Source of the DNA: Gonapodya sp. JEL0774
Lineage: Eukaryota
DNA: 53,987 nt
Direction: 5' to 3'
Assembly (NCBI GenBank): GCA_027604505.1
Contig: JADIIX010000147.1
Span: forward strand, 1 to 53,987
Every line of letters begins with the position of its first letter. Within the stretch, counting starts at the first letter, position 1. Positions 23,953 to 38,600 of the stretch are shown piece after piece. A program made the position numbers and the translations under genes. The notes under the pieces were generated by a model. It was not told where the DNA came from and ran no database searches. It saw nothing but the letters and a program-made list of their open reading frames with translations.

Positions 23953-26900
23953 ATGGATCCCTCATACTCGGACTTTCTTGACAATGCGCGAATAAGAATC
24001 GCTGTTGTCCCCGTTCATCCCTTACGGCGCGAGACCTATCTGAAGATATGCTCTTTACTGAACGGGCAATTCACGGCGCTGGCGCTACAGGACCTACCAG
24101 TCTCTGCTGCTACTGAAGCACAGGGCAAAGCTGCAGCGGCTGGTGCAGTTGGGGGAGGTACGTCAGGATGAGGTGGAATCAGTTTCGTCTCCGAGCTGAT
24201 TGACTCTTCTCAACCTGCGCGTTTTATGCTCCGTTTCTCGTCGTTTCTCACTCATTGGATTGAATTCAATCACTTGGACGCAATGTTGTGTTGTCCCGTT
24301 CTCCCGGTCTTTCGCTTCGGATATCAGGCACTGTCAACTTCAACTTCACCTCACATCTTGCTTCTGCATCGCCGCCAAATGCCTACATATACCTCCACTT
24401 CTTGACGCCTTCCACTATTAATTCTCTCCAACACTCAACTGGTGCTCGGTTTCAACAACCGCAGGTGCCTACTCCAGTTGGAAACTTGTCTCTACCGGGA
24501 TCTGGGGGGTTAGCTTCACAAGCCGCCCTCGCTGGCGCTGCAGCAACCGCAGCTGCATTTTCCAACCCTGACTCACCCATTATAATCGATGGAACTGGTC
24601 ACATCACTGGGTCGCGTTACGATGACTTCGCTGCGGGGAGGCAGGTGCTGGCGGTTGTCGGTATCGCGTCTTGCGTTGATTGCCCAGACTTACCTGCAGC
24701 AGCAACCACATTTAAAAAGACCCTGCAGAAGGTGCGTTCAGTAATAGGGAGCTGGATTTGAAGGACGGGGGTCTCGGCGGAGTACGACGCACAATCTATA
24801 CAAGGTTTGGACCGAAGCTCCGACGATTAAAGAAATTCGAGAGAGCAACAAGGCCACTGCGTATAACTATTGTGTGATTAGTAGCGAGGCAGGATCACAA
24901 CCCGGACTGTTCTTTTGTTTGCGATGCAAGCGGTTCCTGACAATTTCCGCTCCCTTAGTACCCAACTGCTCTATCCTCCCGCCTCCTTGCTTTTGATCCA
25001 TTACCCACCACTCCTGACTCCACCCGTGGGGTCGTTCTTGTCCCTTCCGAGGGTCGCCCTCCGGAATTCTACCTACAGACTATCATCACCGACATGGTCG
25101 CCGAGGTCATCGCGGCGTTTGGTATCGTCGCATCAAACTGGGAGCGGAGAAGAGAAGTTTACGGACCAAGAGGAGCGGCAGTCGCTGGAACTCCAGCAGC
25201 TGGGGGTGTCGCGTTGGGGGGGCAGACCAGTGGTGGGCGGTGGTTGCCTGCCGCCACGGTAATGTCTGCAGGTACACCCCAAAGTACTCAGGGACCAACT
25301 TATCCTTCGCTCGACCATCCAACATCTGCTGCAACTTTATACCCCCCGCGGACTCCCACACTCACTCCTTCACCCTCATCCCTCCTCGTCAATGGTTTGC
25401 CAGCGTCCGCTCTCGGCCAGCAAACAACTCAAGCCCAGGTGCATGTTGCTGCACAGGCCGTCGCTCAGACCGCCCTGGAGCGTTCCCTTGGATCAGCCAC
25501 TGCTTCTCAATCTCCTGCACTCTCAGGCGCACCACATCATGCTGCTCCCACGGCATTTCACTTGCGGGGTGCATCATCTGTGCCAAATCCATCTCCGTTG
25601 GGCAGAAGCGTCGCTTACACGTCACCTTCCTCGGCCAATACGGAGAGATCTATGGAGGATGTCGCAGTCCGTAGTATGGAAGGAGGCTTGGAAGTTATCG
25701 GGAACGGAGCAACGTTTCCTGTGCCGGTGACCTCCGCGCAAATCCAAATGGCGGAGACCATCATGGCGCCCTCCTCTCCTCCTCCGTATGCTGCAACATC
25801 GGCCTTGCTCGAACGGCCTGTCACCCCACCTCACCTAATTCCCGTGCGAGCAAATGCACCATCTCCGCCACCACAAGCATTCACATCTCCACCAACATCG
25901 CCAACAGGAGAGACTTTTCCGTCTGACGGCCCTTTCGCCCAATACTCTAGTTCATTCGCGTACCCATATCCATACCCCCCTCCGTCCCCTGCTTTGGGCC
26001 TTCACTCCGCCGCCTCTCCTGGACCCACTTCTGCGGTATCGAAACTTGCGCGGCGGCGTGCTCCAGCTCGATTTCAGAAGCTTCTAGGAGATTTACTTCT
26101 CCTATCTGGACGTACTGTGGAGGCAATGCAGACTTATACCGCTGCCGTCGAGGGGTGCAGGCAAACGGGAGATGCGGTGTGGGCGGCAGGTGCCCAAGAG
26201 GGTTATCTAGCAGCTGTCATGGTAGCAGCGGCTGCGAGGGTTGGCGTTGGGATGGTGAGACTTTTCAGGGGCTTCAGAATCTATCAGTACCTTTGACTGA
26301 CGGAGACAACGGACTTTTGGTATTTTGCCCTGGGCACAATGAATGCAATCTAGTACACCCTCAATTCCCGCTATGCCATGTCCTCGACACCCTCTCTTGA
26401 CAATCTTGCCAGTCCGGCTATAACCGCACCGTCGCGCCGTCCCGCCACCTCCCCAACTCCACCTGAAAACACTCCTTTGCGCACACTCATCAGCGACCTT
26501 CCTGATCGGTACCGCGAAATTATCGGTCTGTACGAGAAAGTCACAGCACAACCAGCTGTGTTCTATGGTCCAGGAGGGGTGGGATCGGGTGGTGGACTGT
26601 CGAGTGTCGCGGGCATTTTGGGTTTGTCGGGGGTGACTATGGGATTCTCGTCAGTATTTTCTGAGCGGGGAGACACAGAAGGCCCATTAGGACCACCGCC
26701 GCCGCTTGCGACGAGATCCGGAACCGCTTTAAGCGTTGCCGGCCAGCCAATGATAGCAAACATGGACGGCCAGGGCGGGACTGGGCCTTCTGCACCAGGG
26801 ACTGCAGTGACAGTTCCTAATGGCGCGCCTGGACCTATTTCCGCGTCCAACTTACCCCAGCATCCATGGCTGATTTGCAATGCCGCGCTTCGAATGGCAC

Positions 26901-29900
26901 GATTTCTTGCCGCTCTGCATCGAGCTCGAACACCCATTGTCTTCACTAACTCGGCTGGATACTTCTTACTTGGCACGAATTCCACCGTGGAGAAGATTAC
27001 TGGAGGTCTTGTTGGCGCAGCAAGTGGCAATGACGTCTCCCCGGGGGTTGACTCACCAGGTGTTACCAAAACTGATGTTGCAAGCTGGCTCGCCAAGTGC
27101 TGGAATGTTGCGTCATCGGCAGAACGCTTTGGAACCATGACTACCGCGGAGAAGACTGTGGTAGCGGGGTACGTGGCGGCTGTGTACGGAAATTTGGGTA
27201 TGGTAAGAAAAGAGGCTTTCTTTTTGCGAGTAGCCGCCCAAGGTGCAGCGACGAGTGGGTGGGGAGCTGCAGAAGGAGCGGTTGCTTGGTCGAGGCAATT
27301 GGATATGGGCAAAAACTGGAACGATGAGCTGGGAAGCAATGAATCGCTTGAAAATCTTGAGGAGAGGGCGCTGAAGTTTTCGAAGAGCTTCTCCGCGGGA
27401 GATTTGCCGCAACCAGCGAATGAGTTAGTGGATGCCGGCGCTGTCGAAGTACCGGGAGTTCTCGAATGCTACAATAGGATCTTGGATGTTTTGGGTGGTG
27501 GGACCGAAATCAACGTTAGTGGCCTTCCCAAGGGTGACAGTCCAGGGACAAGTCCTACGTCATCGCCGCCTCAATCACGGAGACGAACTCCGGCATTTTC
27601 AATTCCGACTCCCGAAGATGACTTTGCAGATTATGGCTATCTCAATGATCCCATGACTCCAGGTGACTTACTCAATGAGAAACTTCACCCTTTCATTCTC
27701 ACTTCCCAGAAGGAAGCGAGCGGTGTGTTCGACTCTTTTGGAAGTCGATACTTCAATCTCTACCCGGTCTCGCGACCCTTTTCTAGTAGCTCACAGGTGA
27801 AATTCGGCTGGCCAGAGCTTCAGGCTGCCACTCTTCGAGAGTGTTTGGACGTTGCAAGAATGCTTGGGGATCTGCCCAACGCTGTTGTTTATGCGGCTCG
27901 ACTGCTGAGGAGGTTGCACCAACATATGCCAGCCCAGGAACAAGCAGACATCGCGGAAACAATGCGGAAGCTCGTCGTCCGGCGCAAGGCCCGGGCGCAC
28001 TTTTTGGGGGACGACGAAGAGGGTGATGGGACTGGCACTGTGCCCATAGTGAGAAGCGTGGTTGGTGGATTGTGTGGCGTTCCGGTGGTCAGGTCGATTG
28101 ATGCTGTCCGAGTAGGCCCTCGACTCCGCACACACGAGCATGTCGTCAGCGGTGGTCGAGACGACCTCATCAAGGATAGAGATCCATTTATCTTCAATCC
28201 ATATTTAAACAAGGGATCTGGTGGTACCATGGGTGGAGCTCGGTCGTCTGCATTGAAGGAAGAAGAGGCCGTGGTGGTAGCAGGGGAAGTTGTGCATTGG
28301 GACATAGTACTTGCAAACCCATTTGGGTTTGAATTGGACGTACAAAGTGCTATTATTTCTGCAGACGTGGAACTCAACGGTACTGAGGAATACTCTGTTC
28401 CCCCAGCTCCTGATTATGCAGGAATCGAATCAAACGGCTACGTTGCAACAGAAAACTCTTTGAACGTCCATCAGCTGTCTACGCCGAGCTTCACGAATGG
28501 GTTCCGTCCTTCTCGTCTTTTCAAACCGAGTTCTCTTTCGTTCACAATACCTGCACGCCATCGCAATTTCCAGATTCGCCTTTCAGGAGTGGCACACGTT
28601 CCGTCCAAGCTTCGAGTCCATGGTGTTATTTTCAAAGTCCTTGGTGGATCACTATTGGAAGAGGTCGTTCCGCTGCCTGTTAAACTAAGCGGTGAAAATG
28701 GAGACGCGCCCACTCAAAACGGGAAGAAAATAGTGACGACAGGTGAAGACAAGGAGAGAGCCGTAGGACGGCGCACCATATTATTTGCTAAGGAAGACAA
28801 AGGACGGAGGAGGACGTGAGTCATTTGTTGCATCCATTTAGGAATGCATTGGTTAAGAGTTCTTTATGAAGGGCCCACAATTCTCAGAGTTCCACTACCT
28901 CATTTGGAAAACTTCCATGGGTTCAAGTTCTGCCCGTTCTACCCCAGCAGCCGCTTCTGAATGTATCCGCAAGTGGCCTTGTCGTCGCTCGCTCCAGCCA
29001 GAATGGGCCACCGATTGGATTGCAAACTGCGATAATGCTTTTCGAGGGTGAACGGACCACATTTGCTGTCACCGTTGAGAATGTGGGGTCCACTCCGGTC
29101 AACTATCTCACCATTCATTTCGTCGAAGACTGCGATCCAACCGCCACACCATTTGCTCTCTTTCAACGGCAGTTGCAAGAATCAACTGACTCCTTGATTT
29201 CAACAGACGAAACGAATCCAAATGGCGACATTCGAGAACCTCCCGAAGATATCTACGAACGAGATGTATTCGAAAAGTCCTGCCGTGGCATATGGTATGA
29301 GAGCGAAAGCGATTCCATTTCACTTCCCACACAATTTTTGGGGCTACATCAGCAAAATGTTCATTGTGACGAATTTTCGGTCTATGGCTCAAATGCGATT
29401 GCCGCTGGTGCAGTTTGGAAGGTTGGACAACCATCACAAAAATGGAACGTAAACCTCAGAAAGCCCATTCCAGTTGGTGGGCGGGAGACGGTGAACTGTG
29501 GTGTCTGGGGAAAACTCGGATGGTGAGATCTCATTCATGCGCGCTTTTGGATATCTCTCACCCAAAGTGACTGCATAGGAGGTCGGTTGTGGTGGTCTTC
29601 GATTATGGATTCTTACCAAATTATTCCAAGGACGGTGTCTTACCGCCCCGATTTTTCACTCGAAGACTCGCTTTACCACTTCTGGTGACTGTGAATCGTG
29701 CCTTGGAAGTTGCAAATGTAGATGTGTTTCCCTTCGCTTCGTCGGGAGCGGATATTGGTTCGCCTCAGCCACTAAATGAGGCTGTTAGCGCTGATGGTTC
29801 CTTGAAAGATCTCATAGTGAACGAATTTGGACACAGCGGAGTGTCAAACCGGGAGCGTGATGTAAACGAGCAAACGACCCAAGACTTCGCGTTGGGGATC

Positions 29901-31098
29901 AACTCGGACTCATCACTTCGTTCAACGGAAGGGTTCTCGAATTACGTGAATAGAGACTTTTGTCTGTTCACGTTCGACCTGCGAAACAAATGGAGTACGC
30001 CGTTTGATGTTGAGTTCGGAGTGGCAGGTCTAGGGCAGGGGACAGAACAAGGGGCCAAGTGGATTATACGGCTGAAAATCGAAGGTGGCGGCACCCGCCG
30101 GTGAGATGCACTTTAAGTAGCTCAAAGAATGATAAATTGACGCCGATTTTCAATTTGTACCGTGCAGCATCGTCCTTCCTCTCCGGCGCAGCAATCTTCC
30201 CACATCTCTTACGTACCTGCCGATTCCGTATCCGCCCACGCAATTTGTATTGTCCAAGTTGATCAAGTACAGCTCTGAACAAGAGTTGCTCCATCGTGCT
30301 CTGTTTTGGTACCGCGAGAAGATTATTGGAGGAATCGAGCTTGAAGGTCTTGTCAGCGCTCGATGGCGGTCAAGTGGAGGTCGGCACGGAGGACTGATCA
30401 GTGCCATAAGAAACTTCCGCCTGACAGGAGCCGGTCTTACGACGTTGTCTGAGGACATCCTCACCTTTGAGGTATCACTTCAGACAGTGCAGCGGAAGAG
30501 TCAATCAGGCGTGCACAGCTCACTTATAAAGAGCCTTGGATTGAGCACGTTTGAAGTTCCTAGAAGGACCTCTGTTGAGCTTAAATGGGCAATTCGTAAT
30601 CAACGAGGTGTGTACGGTCGACCATATTTTCGGATAACCTGTCTCGAGTCTTCCATCTTGATCGGTAGATACCCCGATTCGATTATGCATGCGAGTTGTA
30701 CCAGTCCAAGATACTGGTAATGGTCTATTTGAGTACGGAGATACTCTCCGGGAGAGTGTGATCTGGAACGGAAACTTGGAATCGGTTCTTGGAACAGTGA
30801 GTTCAAGAAGCTCCTTTTGTAGGATGAACTCTCTTGTCGATCGCATCGACGCACGTAGATATCCCCGAACGAAACCTGCACCTACAAACTTGGAGCAACA
30901 TTTCTTTCCCTGGGCCGCTACAAACTTCTTGTCCACTGCCAGGAGATTGACTGCTTGCCACTTCCTTCACCGGAACCTTCCACCTCAAAGCTGAAGCCTA
31001 AAGATGTGGACTTGGCTTCCTTGGGCAAAAGTGCGGCTGCTGTGGCTGGTGATGGAATATATTGGCCACCTGAGCCTGTTTTGATAAAAGTCATTTGA
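23953..31098 (+). CDS. TRS120: TRAPP II complex subunit Trs120 / TRAPPC9
   Basis: ARIRIAVVPVHP N-terminus, RQVLAVVGIASC, ARFQKLLGDLLLLSGR..GDAVWAAGAQEG, RKEAFFLR, FGWPELQ, DPFIFNPY, LANPFGFELD, MLFEGE and FDLRNKW, spread over several exons. Confidence 0.92.
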
Positions 31099-31532
31099 TA
31101 TTACCTTCGATATCTGATTAATTGAAATCGCATGTAGATATATAAATTCAGTATTTCAAGAGCGCGCCCAATAATAATGTACCAAGGGGGACTCTACGTA
31201 AGTAATTGCAACAGCAGTTCGTCTGGAAAGGCTCGACAGCGATAGATCCACAGACTGGCGGATTCAGCTAGCTCATTCGATGTCGATTTTGATTTGCCGA
31301 ATGAATGTACTTCCAGAAATATTATGGCTGAAATATATCTTATATATCGAAGAACGACTTTACGCCACAAAGAACAGCTCTTTCTCCGAGCACGCAAACA
31401 GGAAAGGACTGACGGAACAGCCCCTCTTTCTCGAACAGGAGGCCGAAATCACGACAGATCTGTCCACGCCGCCCGGCCTTCACGCTTTCTCAGATCGTTC
31501 CCTCAACCATATTCATCTGAGAAGAATTGACC

Positions 31533-34500
31533 ATGGCTGCCAAAACGATGCTGGGGGCGACGCCTCGAATTCGTAGGTCGACATCCGTTGATTGAGGTAT
31601 ATATCTTGAGCAATAGTAACCACGGGTGGCTCTTGTCATCACAGCGACTCTCATCAGCAACGATCCTCTTTTGGGTGAAGACTTGGCTGAGGCATTGAAC
31701 AAAGCCAAGGCATACGCAGACGCACAAGCGAAGATTGACATCGCTGCTCCTGCTGAGGGCACAAGTACAACCGTGGGAGCGGGTTTGCATGTTCCTGAGA
31801 GTGGTAAGCTTCGAATTTTATGTATCCGCTTGGGTGCCTCTGACCTCAACTACGCATATTTTTTCGAAAGGGAAACTACCACCTAAATATATACCATACG
31901 GTAAGTGTATTACTGGCTCCTGCAAGATAACTCCTACCGATTCCGTTGTGTGAAGTCTACTTGTGTGTTCTGTAGACTTTCCGGGTCCCGACTTGTTTGG
32001 AGAGTACCTTCCGAAAGAATTTGAAATCAATTTGGGTGATTATTCGTAGTACTTCCGCGGAACCGCTGTTCTGTGACCTATGTATTCGCCAGCACCTCCG
32101 AGCAACGATTACCGAAAGTTTATTAAGGTGAAATAGTTGTCTCGTTGAGTTCAAGAAGCTGTACGCAATCTCATGTCGAGGAAACAATGTACCCCAGTAC
32201 GACGATGTGGGTAAGCCACTCTGTAGTGACTGCAACAACTATCACTTTCCGAGGAGATACAGTAAGTTCAACACCACTCACTTTCTCGCAACTCCATTGT
32301 GTTGAGTCTTCCACATTTAAACTCCAATCTTCAGTCATTTGCGCAGATGGAACATGGGAAAGGCCCGACGGTATGCCCCGAGCTCAAATGGAACAAGGGT
32401 TCGTGAAGATTCTGATTGGTTCGTGCGCTAGGCAATGTTGATGATGGAGCGGATACGAGGGATAAATACGGCTCCATACCGAGGTGAGAGAGAGTTGTGC
32501 GTTGATCAATGTTTGTCGGGGCTTCAATCTATTTTCGGGATTCCAAGTAATATCACGAAGATAAGTCTGATGACAAGAGAGGGCTTAGTGCCTGATGACA
32601 CCGAATTCAACATCTCGGGAGGCAGGGATGGAAAGCAGAGGAAATTTCGGGAGCAAGTGAGCGAAATTTTGAAATGTTGATGTTGATAGCTGTGGATTGC
32701 GTGTTCCTTAATGGGGTGTCCACCAGATGGTGTTTTACCGTGCCGGAGTTGCATCTACAGCCAACAAGTTAGCTGCCACAACAGCAGGGATCACTGGTCT
32801 CGGGGCCGGTGTCGGCCTGGATGAACAACTCAAAGATCTTTATCTAGTGAGTTAAGCCTGCGGGGTGTAACATGTCACTTTCCTGATATTGTTCTTCGAA
32901 AGGTTCTGTGCCAAAATTACTGCTCAGCAACCCAAGATCAACTGTTTTTCTTTGGTTTCAGCCGTGGAGCTGTGAGTATGTTTGAATCCATCTCCTCGAA
33001 TCTAGGATGCTGATGGAAGCGATACAGTACTGTGTGCGAGCGCTCTCTGCGTGGATTCTGAACTGCGGTATCCTTCGCCGCGAAAATCTCCACATGCTCG
33101 AGAAATCGTTTCAGCTCTTCAGCCGAAGGGACTACGGTGCGCAACCCGTGAGTGGAGTCGAAGTCACGTAACAGAACGCCACCAATCATTTTGTTGCTGG
33201 ACTTCGAAGGGATACTTGGAGTCTCAAGTCTTCATTCGCAATTGGTCACACTACTTTCCCGACCGCCAAGGACTTGTGAAGCTTGAACGTTTTGCGTCTC
33301 TCGTTGATGATGATAATGCAGATCATTCCACCGATCCCGAAAAGTTTGAATCCACGGAAGAGGAACTAGGAAGCAAGCTACAGCCTCGACTAACCGCTCT
33401 TGTTACACCCGTGACCTTTCTTGGGGTCTTTGACACTGTGGGAGCACTTGGTAAGTTTGATTTATTGTGGATTCATTGGTTTGGTTTTGCACTCAAACCC
33501 TTGCAGGCAACCCACTTATTCCTCGCCGTAAGGCTAAGAAGATTCATGATAATCCAGAGGCAGCTAATCCGTTTTTCAGCGGTCATCTGCACGCCTTTTT
33601 CGATGTTCAGCTTCTTTATCACGTGGTTAACGCAAGGTACGATCAACCTTATTCTGCAGTTGGTTGATGCCTTCGCAATTCTCTCGATCCTACAGACATG
33701 CTCTTGCCTTAACCGAGCGGCGCTCGGCGTTTGAACCCTCCATTTGGAAGTTGGACAGACCAGCTGCGAAAGTTAGGGCTCTAACGGGTCGTACTGTGAA
33801 ACAAGGTGGAATTACCGTCAGAAAATTTGTATTCAAGGTTGATTATGCCGTTGACTACGCTTTTTCTTTCCAACTTAGTGTGGTTTCTGGGAGGCCATGG
33901 GGATATTGGTGGTGGATGGGTGGAAGAAGGCTTGAGTGATATTACATTGCGATGGTATGTGTCGGAACGAAAATTTCTCGTTCGTAACTGCTAGCGCGAA
34001 CGCTGTGTGGTAGGATGGTTGGAGAAGCCAAATCGTATGGGCTGTCTACGATTGTCGAGGACGTATTTACTCGACCCTACGTTCAACATCCAAACCCCAT
34101 CAGTTCGGCAACCCCGAAACAAGCGGAAATGTTCATTAAATTCGAGACAATGTTTCCGCATTTGAAGGACGATGAATTCATTCAAGATGATCGACACGGT
34201 CCGACTTCGAAGCAACAGCCTGTCGCAGCAACCGCGGCGGAACACACAACAGCGCAATCAGCGCTGTTTGCACCTGCTAACGCCATGTCACGGGAAAAAT
34301 TGACAGCGGCTGCTCATACGCAGTCAGCTCTCGGTCCGTCAACTCATGCTCACACGACTTCTAATGGACTGGACCCAGCCTCGTACTCAAAGTCATCTCT
34401 TACTGTTGCCCATCAAACACCTTCGAGCAAGCGACTGTCGTTTGCCGAAGCACTGCCCTCCATTGCAGCGCTGAATCTATTTGGGACATCACAGAAGGAG

Positions 34501-35434
34501 AAAGATGCTAAGAAATCTACCAGGCGCCGCAGCGTGGCACGGAATACAGCACCTTCCGCATACACCGTGTTATGGGACGGTCACACGGTTGAGCTCAATC
34601 GCCTAGCCTCGAAAGTACCGGAATCCGACTTCTACAAACAGGAGTTTATAAACAGGTTTGTGAGATGGTACCCCCATAAGATAGGTTGGTACTTTAGTAT
34701 GAATTGTGACTGTGTTGCGTGGAACCTACTCACGCGTCCACTTTCTTCCCTTTCTCTATACAGGCATCAAGGACTGGGAGAGCTTGCCACAGATGGTTGA
34801 GGGAGGAGTCGAGGGGTCCGTATGCCTCGGCTCCGCCTCATATTTTCGTCAACATTATCGTTTACCTTTGCATCGGTCACAGGTACAGATGGAGGCGCAT
34901 CTACGTGCCTGATCCCTCGAAGAAAGGTGACGATTGCATTGTCATAAACGATGGATGTCCAAACACAGCACCCGATGGATCAGATGTGAGCCTTTCAGCG
35001 CTTCAAATCATGTTTTACGCCTCTGTGTTAATGGGTGACTCTTGAAGCCTGATACCACCAACACAAGGGCCCACCCTGCTGGGATGGCAATCCACTCGAG
35101 TGTGCGCGACGCCTTGGTCAAGAATGAGGACTCAGATGTGGAGCATGATGCCCTTGTTGATAGGATGTCAAATTGGATGCGTGCAAAGGAAAGCAAAGTC
35201 AGGGTTCCCGGATCTAAATCGTCAAAGGCGAAGTCTGGGGGTGGTTTCTTCAAATTTGGTGTTCGCAAAGCAGGCGAGGAATATTTGCAACGCCTCCACG
35301 CTTACTTGACCGGAGATTTGGAACTCGATGTGAAAGATGGTGGAAAGGTCGTCAAGAAGGTGCTTGGCGATCCCGCAATTGAGTATTCGTTTTACCTCAG
35401 TGAACGGCTTTTGATGATGGAGAATGAAGGGTAA
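31533..35434 (+). CDS. DUF2235 / Tle1-like alpha/beta hydrolase (phospholipase-like), many exons
   Basis: VICADGTW, PSNITKI, VFYRAGV, FFGFSRGA|YTVRAL, FLGVFDTVGALG, RHALALTERRSAFEPSIW, VWFLGGHGDIGGG, LSDITLRW|MV, IHSSV. Confidence 0.9.
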
Positions 35435-35625
35435 CATTGCCATGTGAAAAAATGACGTGTTCTCACACATGCGTGTTCGATTTTTGAATATTGGGCAGTA
35501 TTTTCAGTAGCAGAATGCGTACTTATTTGAGAAGATATTTGCAGTTGGTACGTTGTTGGTAAACCAGAGAATAAAATACCGTTGCACGGAAATATCGGGA
35601 TTCGCGAACAAGCATCATACATCCT

Positions 35626-38600
35626 TCAAAGGTCGTCGCCCCATCCGATATGCCTCTTTGGTCCCAACTTGGATGCAGTTCCACCACCTCCTCCCAACAC
35701 CTCTTCGCTCCTCAGAACATTGGCAGCATCATGTAACGTCGCGCCACTTTTCAGAACCGGCACAAGCAAAACGGAGCCTGCACCGCTTCCAACACCACCG
35801 CCTCCACTGCTAATCGCCAGCGACGATCGCCGCCCGGTCATTCGAAGGGCCACGGGCCGTGCCTGTGGGATCCCAGTCGCAATCTCGCCAGCATCGTCTT
35901 CACCAACTCCCTGCAGCGTTCCAGTGGCAATCGAAAGTCTCCTGCCACCAGCCCTTGGAGGACCCGAGCGCGACATCACAGGTCCCCCATTCCCTACCTC
36001 CCCAGCATCCCATATCAAACTGGGCACCGCACCCGGTCCCACCACACCACCAATAGAGACCCTCCTGCGCGCTTGCACCGGTGGTTTCGATGCCACATCC
36101 TCCTCCTCGGCCCCCTCGCCAGGTGCGCCGCCAGCGCCCGAGGCACCCATTTCGGGACTCCCATCCTGCCCATCACTTCCTGCCTCAGACGCATCGCTCC
36201 CAGGTGCTCCCGCAGGTCTGCTCCGCGATTTTGGCGGTGTGGCGGGCCTTGGTCCGGATACTCGTCGTCGGAGTGCTGTGTCATCTGCAGAGTCTGAATT
36301 CGCACCTGCGTTCTGTGGGTCTTCGAGCAACGAAGAGTCTTCTTCCCAGCCCGTGACAGCGCCACGCAACGATTTCCACATATGCCGTGCGCGGGTTGGA
36401 GGTTGAGGACCGAGACCTTTTATAAGGCCGCCAACTTGGTGCCGCTCCACATCCGCATCCACACCGACTCCACGTTCTTTATCATCCTCGTCCCCTGTCA
36501 TCACCGCTGACCTCTGCACCTCAACCGCAACTCCTGTACCAGCATCTGACTGTGCGTCCTGCTTCTCCATCTCTTTCCACTTTCCTTTCCACCCGCCGAT
36601 TTGTCCCCCACCCACTGTCTCCGTTTCAGCTTCACCTAATTCATCTAACATAACTTCTCCAACACCACCCTTTTCGATCACTTCCCTCACGCCCAACAAG
36701 TGTCTCTCCGCACGCAGCGTGATTCGATTTTTAGGACCAAGTTCGTGACGGTACTGTTCCACAGTCCGCACCAGAATGGGTAAAGTTGATTGAAGGAGTG
36801 AGAGGTGGATGCTTGGGGGAAGCTGGAGTGGCAACAGGTGTCGAAAACAAGACCGAAAGTGGCATACAGAGCAAATCACAACCCACATCCACCGCACCTC
36901 TCCCCTCCATCCCAGCAATCCTCGCTTCTCGCACGGTACTTCGACTTCTCTTTTTCCACTTCCTCAAGCCCCTCACCAACTTCACCACACCCTCATTCCA
37001 TCCCACATCTTCCTCCCCTCCCGATACTCCAGGATCCCCGTCTCGGAGCCCTTCAGTCGTGGGAGATACTGGTGAAGATAAGCCCGCCGCCGCGAGTGCG
37101 GCCTCTGAATCCGATAAGGCGGCTCGGGCGAGTTTTTGCATGGTGAGGGCCGCGGCAGCTACGGCGGAAAACGAGGTAAGCCTGTTTCGAGCGGGAGGAG
37201 AAGAAGGGAACGAGGGTTGCTGGCCCTGGCAGGGTTGATGTGAGCGAAAGAATGAGCGCAATATGGCCAGCCCTGTTTGTTGTGCAACCAACCCACATCA
37301 TATCCCAGTACTCTCGCCCCTTCCGCTCCCACCAACTCTGCCACTGCCTGAGGAGGTGGAAATGTCGGGACAAGGGGAATATGCCTCGCCGTTGCGTTCG
37401 TCGTACTCGCTCCTCCAATGCCACCAACCACACCGGTACCACCACCACCACCAGTCCCACCACTCATCCCACTAACAGGGGACCCAGCGGTCCGCCTCAA
37501 ATCAGCCATGGATTCCATATCGTTCAATAAGTCCATATCCAACATCTGCTCCCCACCGGTGTTGCCACTTTGCCCATTCGCGTTCATATCAGCTTCTGCA
37601 AAGAACAGACTTCGGCGCCGCTGCTGAGTCACGATGGGAGGTGCGTAAGAGAGGGGCGTGACAGCAGCGGTGGCGGCTGGAGATTCAGCAGCGGAGCCCA
37701 TCCCACTGCCCGGCGACGCGGCATTTTGGGCGACAGGGTGATCGATTCCATCTCCACCCGCGCCGCCTGCTGCACCAAGAGACGCATCCGCCCGAGGAGA
37801 TTGCAGTGCATCCCCCTGTGACCCCGGAGCTCCCGCTGCATTCTGCTGGCCTGGTATTGCGGGCGACAAAGACGAGGCCGGCAACGTAGCCGCTACCATC
37901 TCGGCCTGTAACGCAGCCCATGCGTCGACACGACGGTACGCTGCGGGTGTCATATGTTGCGCGTGAGCGGGAACGAAGGTGGAGGTGTTTTGTGCGCCGG
38001 TTGCTGGTAAGAATGGGCGGGGGATAGAAATAGAGGACGAGGAAGAGGACGCAGACTGGCCAGATAAGCGGCGTGCATGAGCGATTGGGTAGGCAGTCGG
38101 GGTTTGTGCAGGTGATGCTGACTGTGCAGGTGCAGAAGGGAGGTTGAGGCCACCGCCAAACGATGTACGTAATTGTTGTTCGAGCTGGTGGAGAGCAGCT
38201 TCGTGGGCATGGACTGCGGCGTGGGTGAGCGGTGATGATGCGAGGCGGGGCGCTGATCCGGTGGCCGAGTTGCGGCTCGTTAGCACGTTGCGGGAAGAGC
38301 GGAGGTTGGAAGGTACGGAGGTTTGGTTTTGGGAGAGGAGAGGTCGAGAGCCCGATACGGAGTTGAGACCGCCACCAGCACTTGCACCGATGGAGGCCCG
38401 GGAGTCGACCAGGGGTTGGCCTCCCGCCGCAAAACCTGAGAGGGCGTTGGGGAGTGGTCCGTCTGTGCGATACCCTCCCCAACCACCCCCACCGCCCTGA
38501 GGAATCGAGGTGGGATATCCGACTGCAGCGGCGATTGCCATGAGAGAACGATTCACGCGGGAGGTGGAGGTGTGGGACAAATGAGATCCGCGGGATGTGT

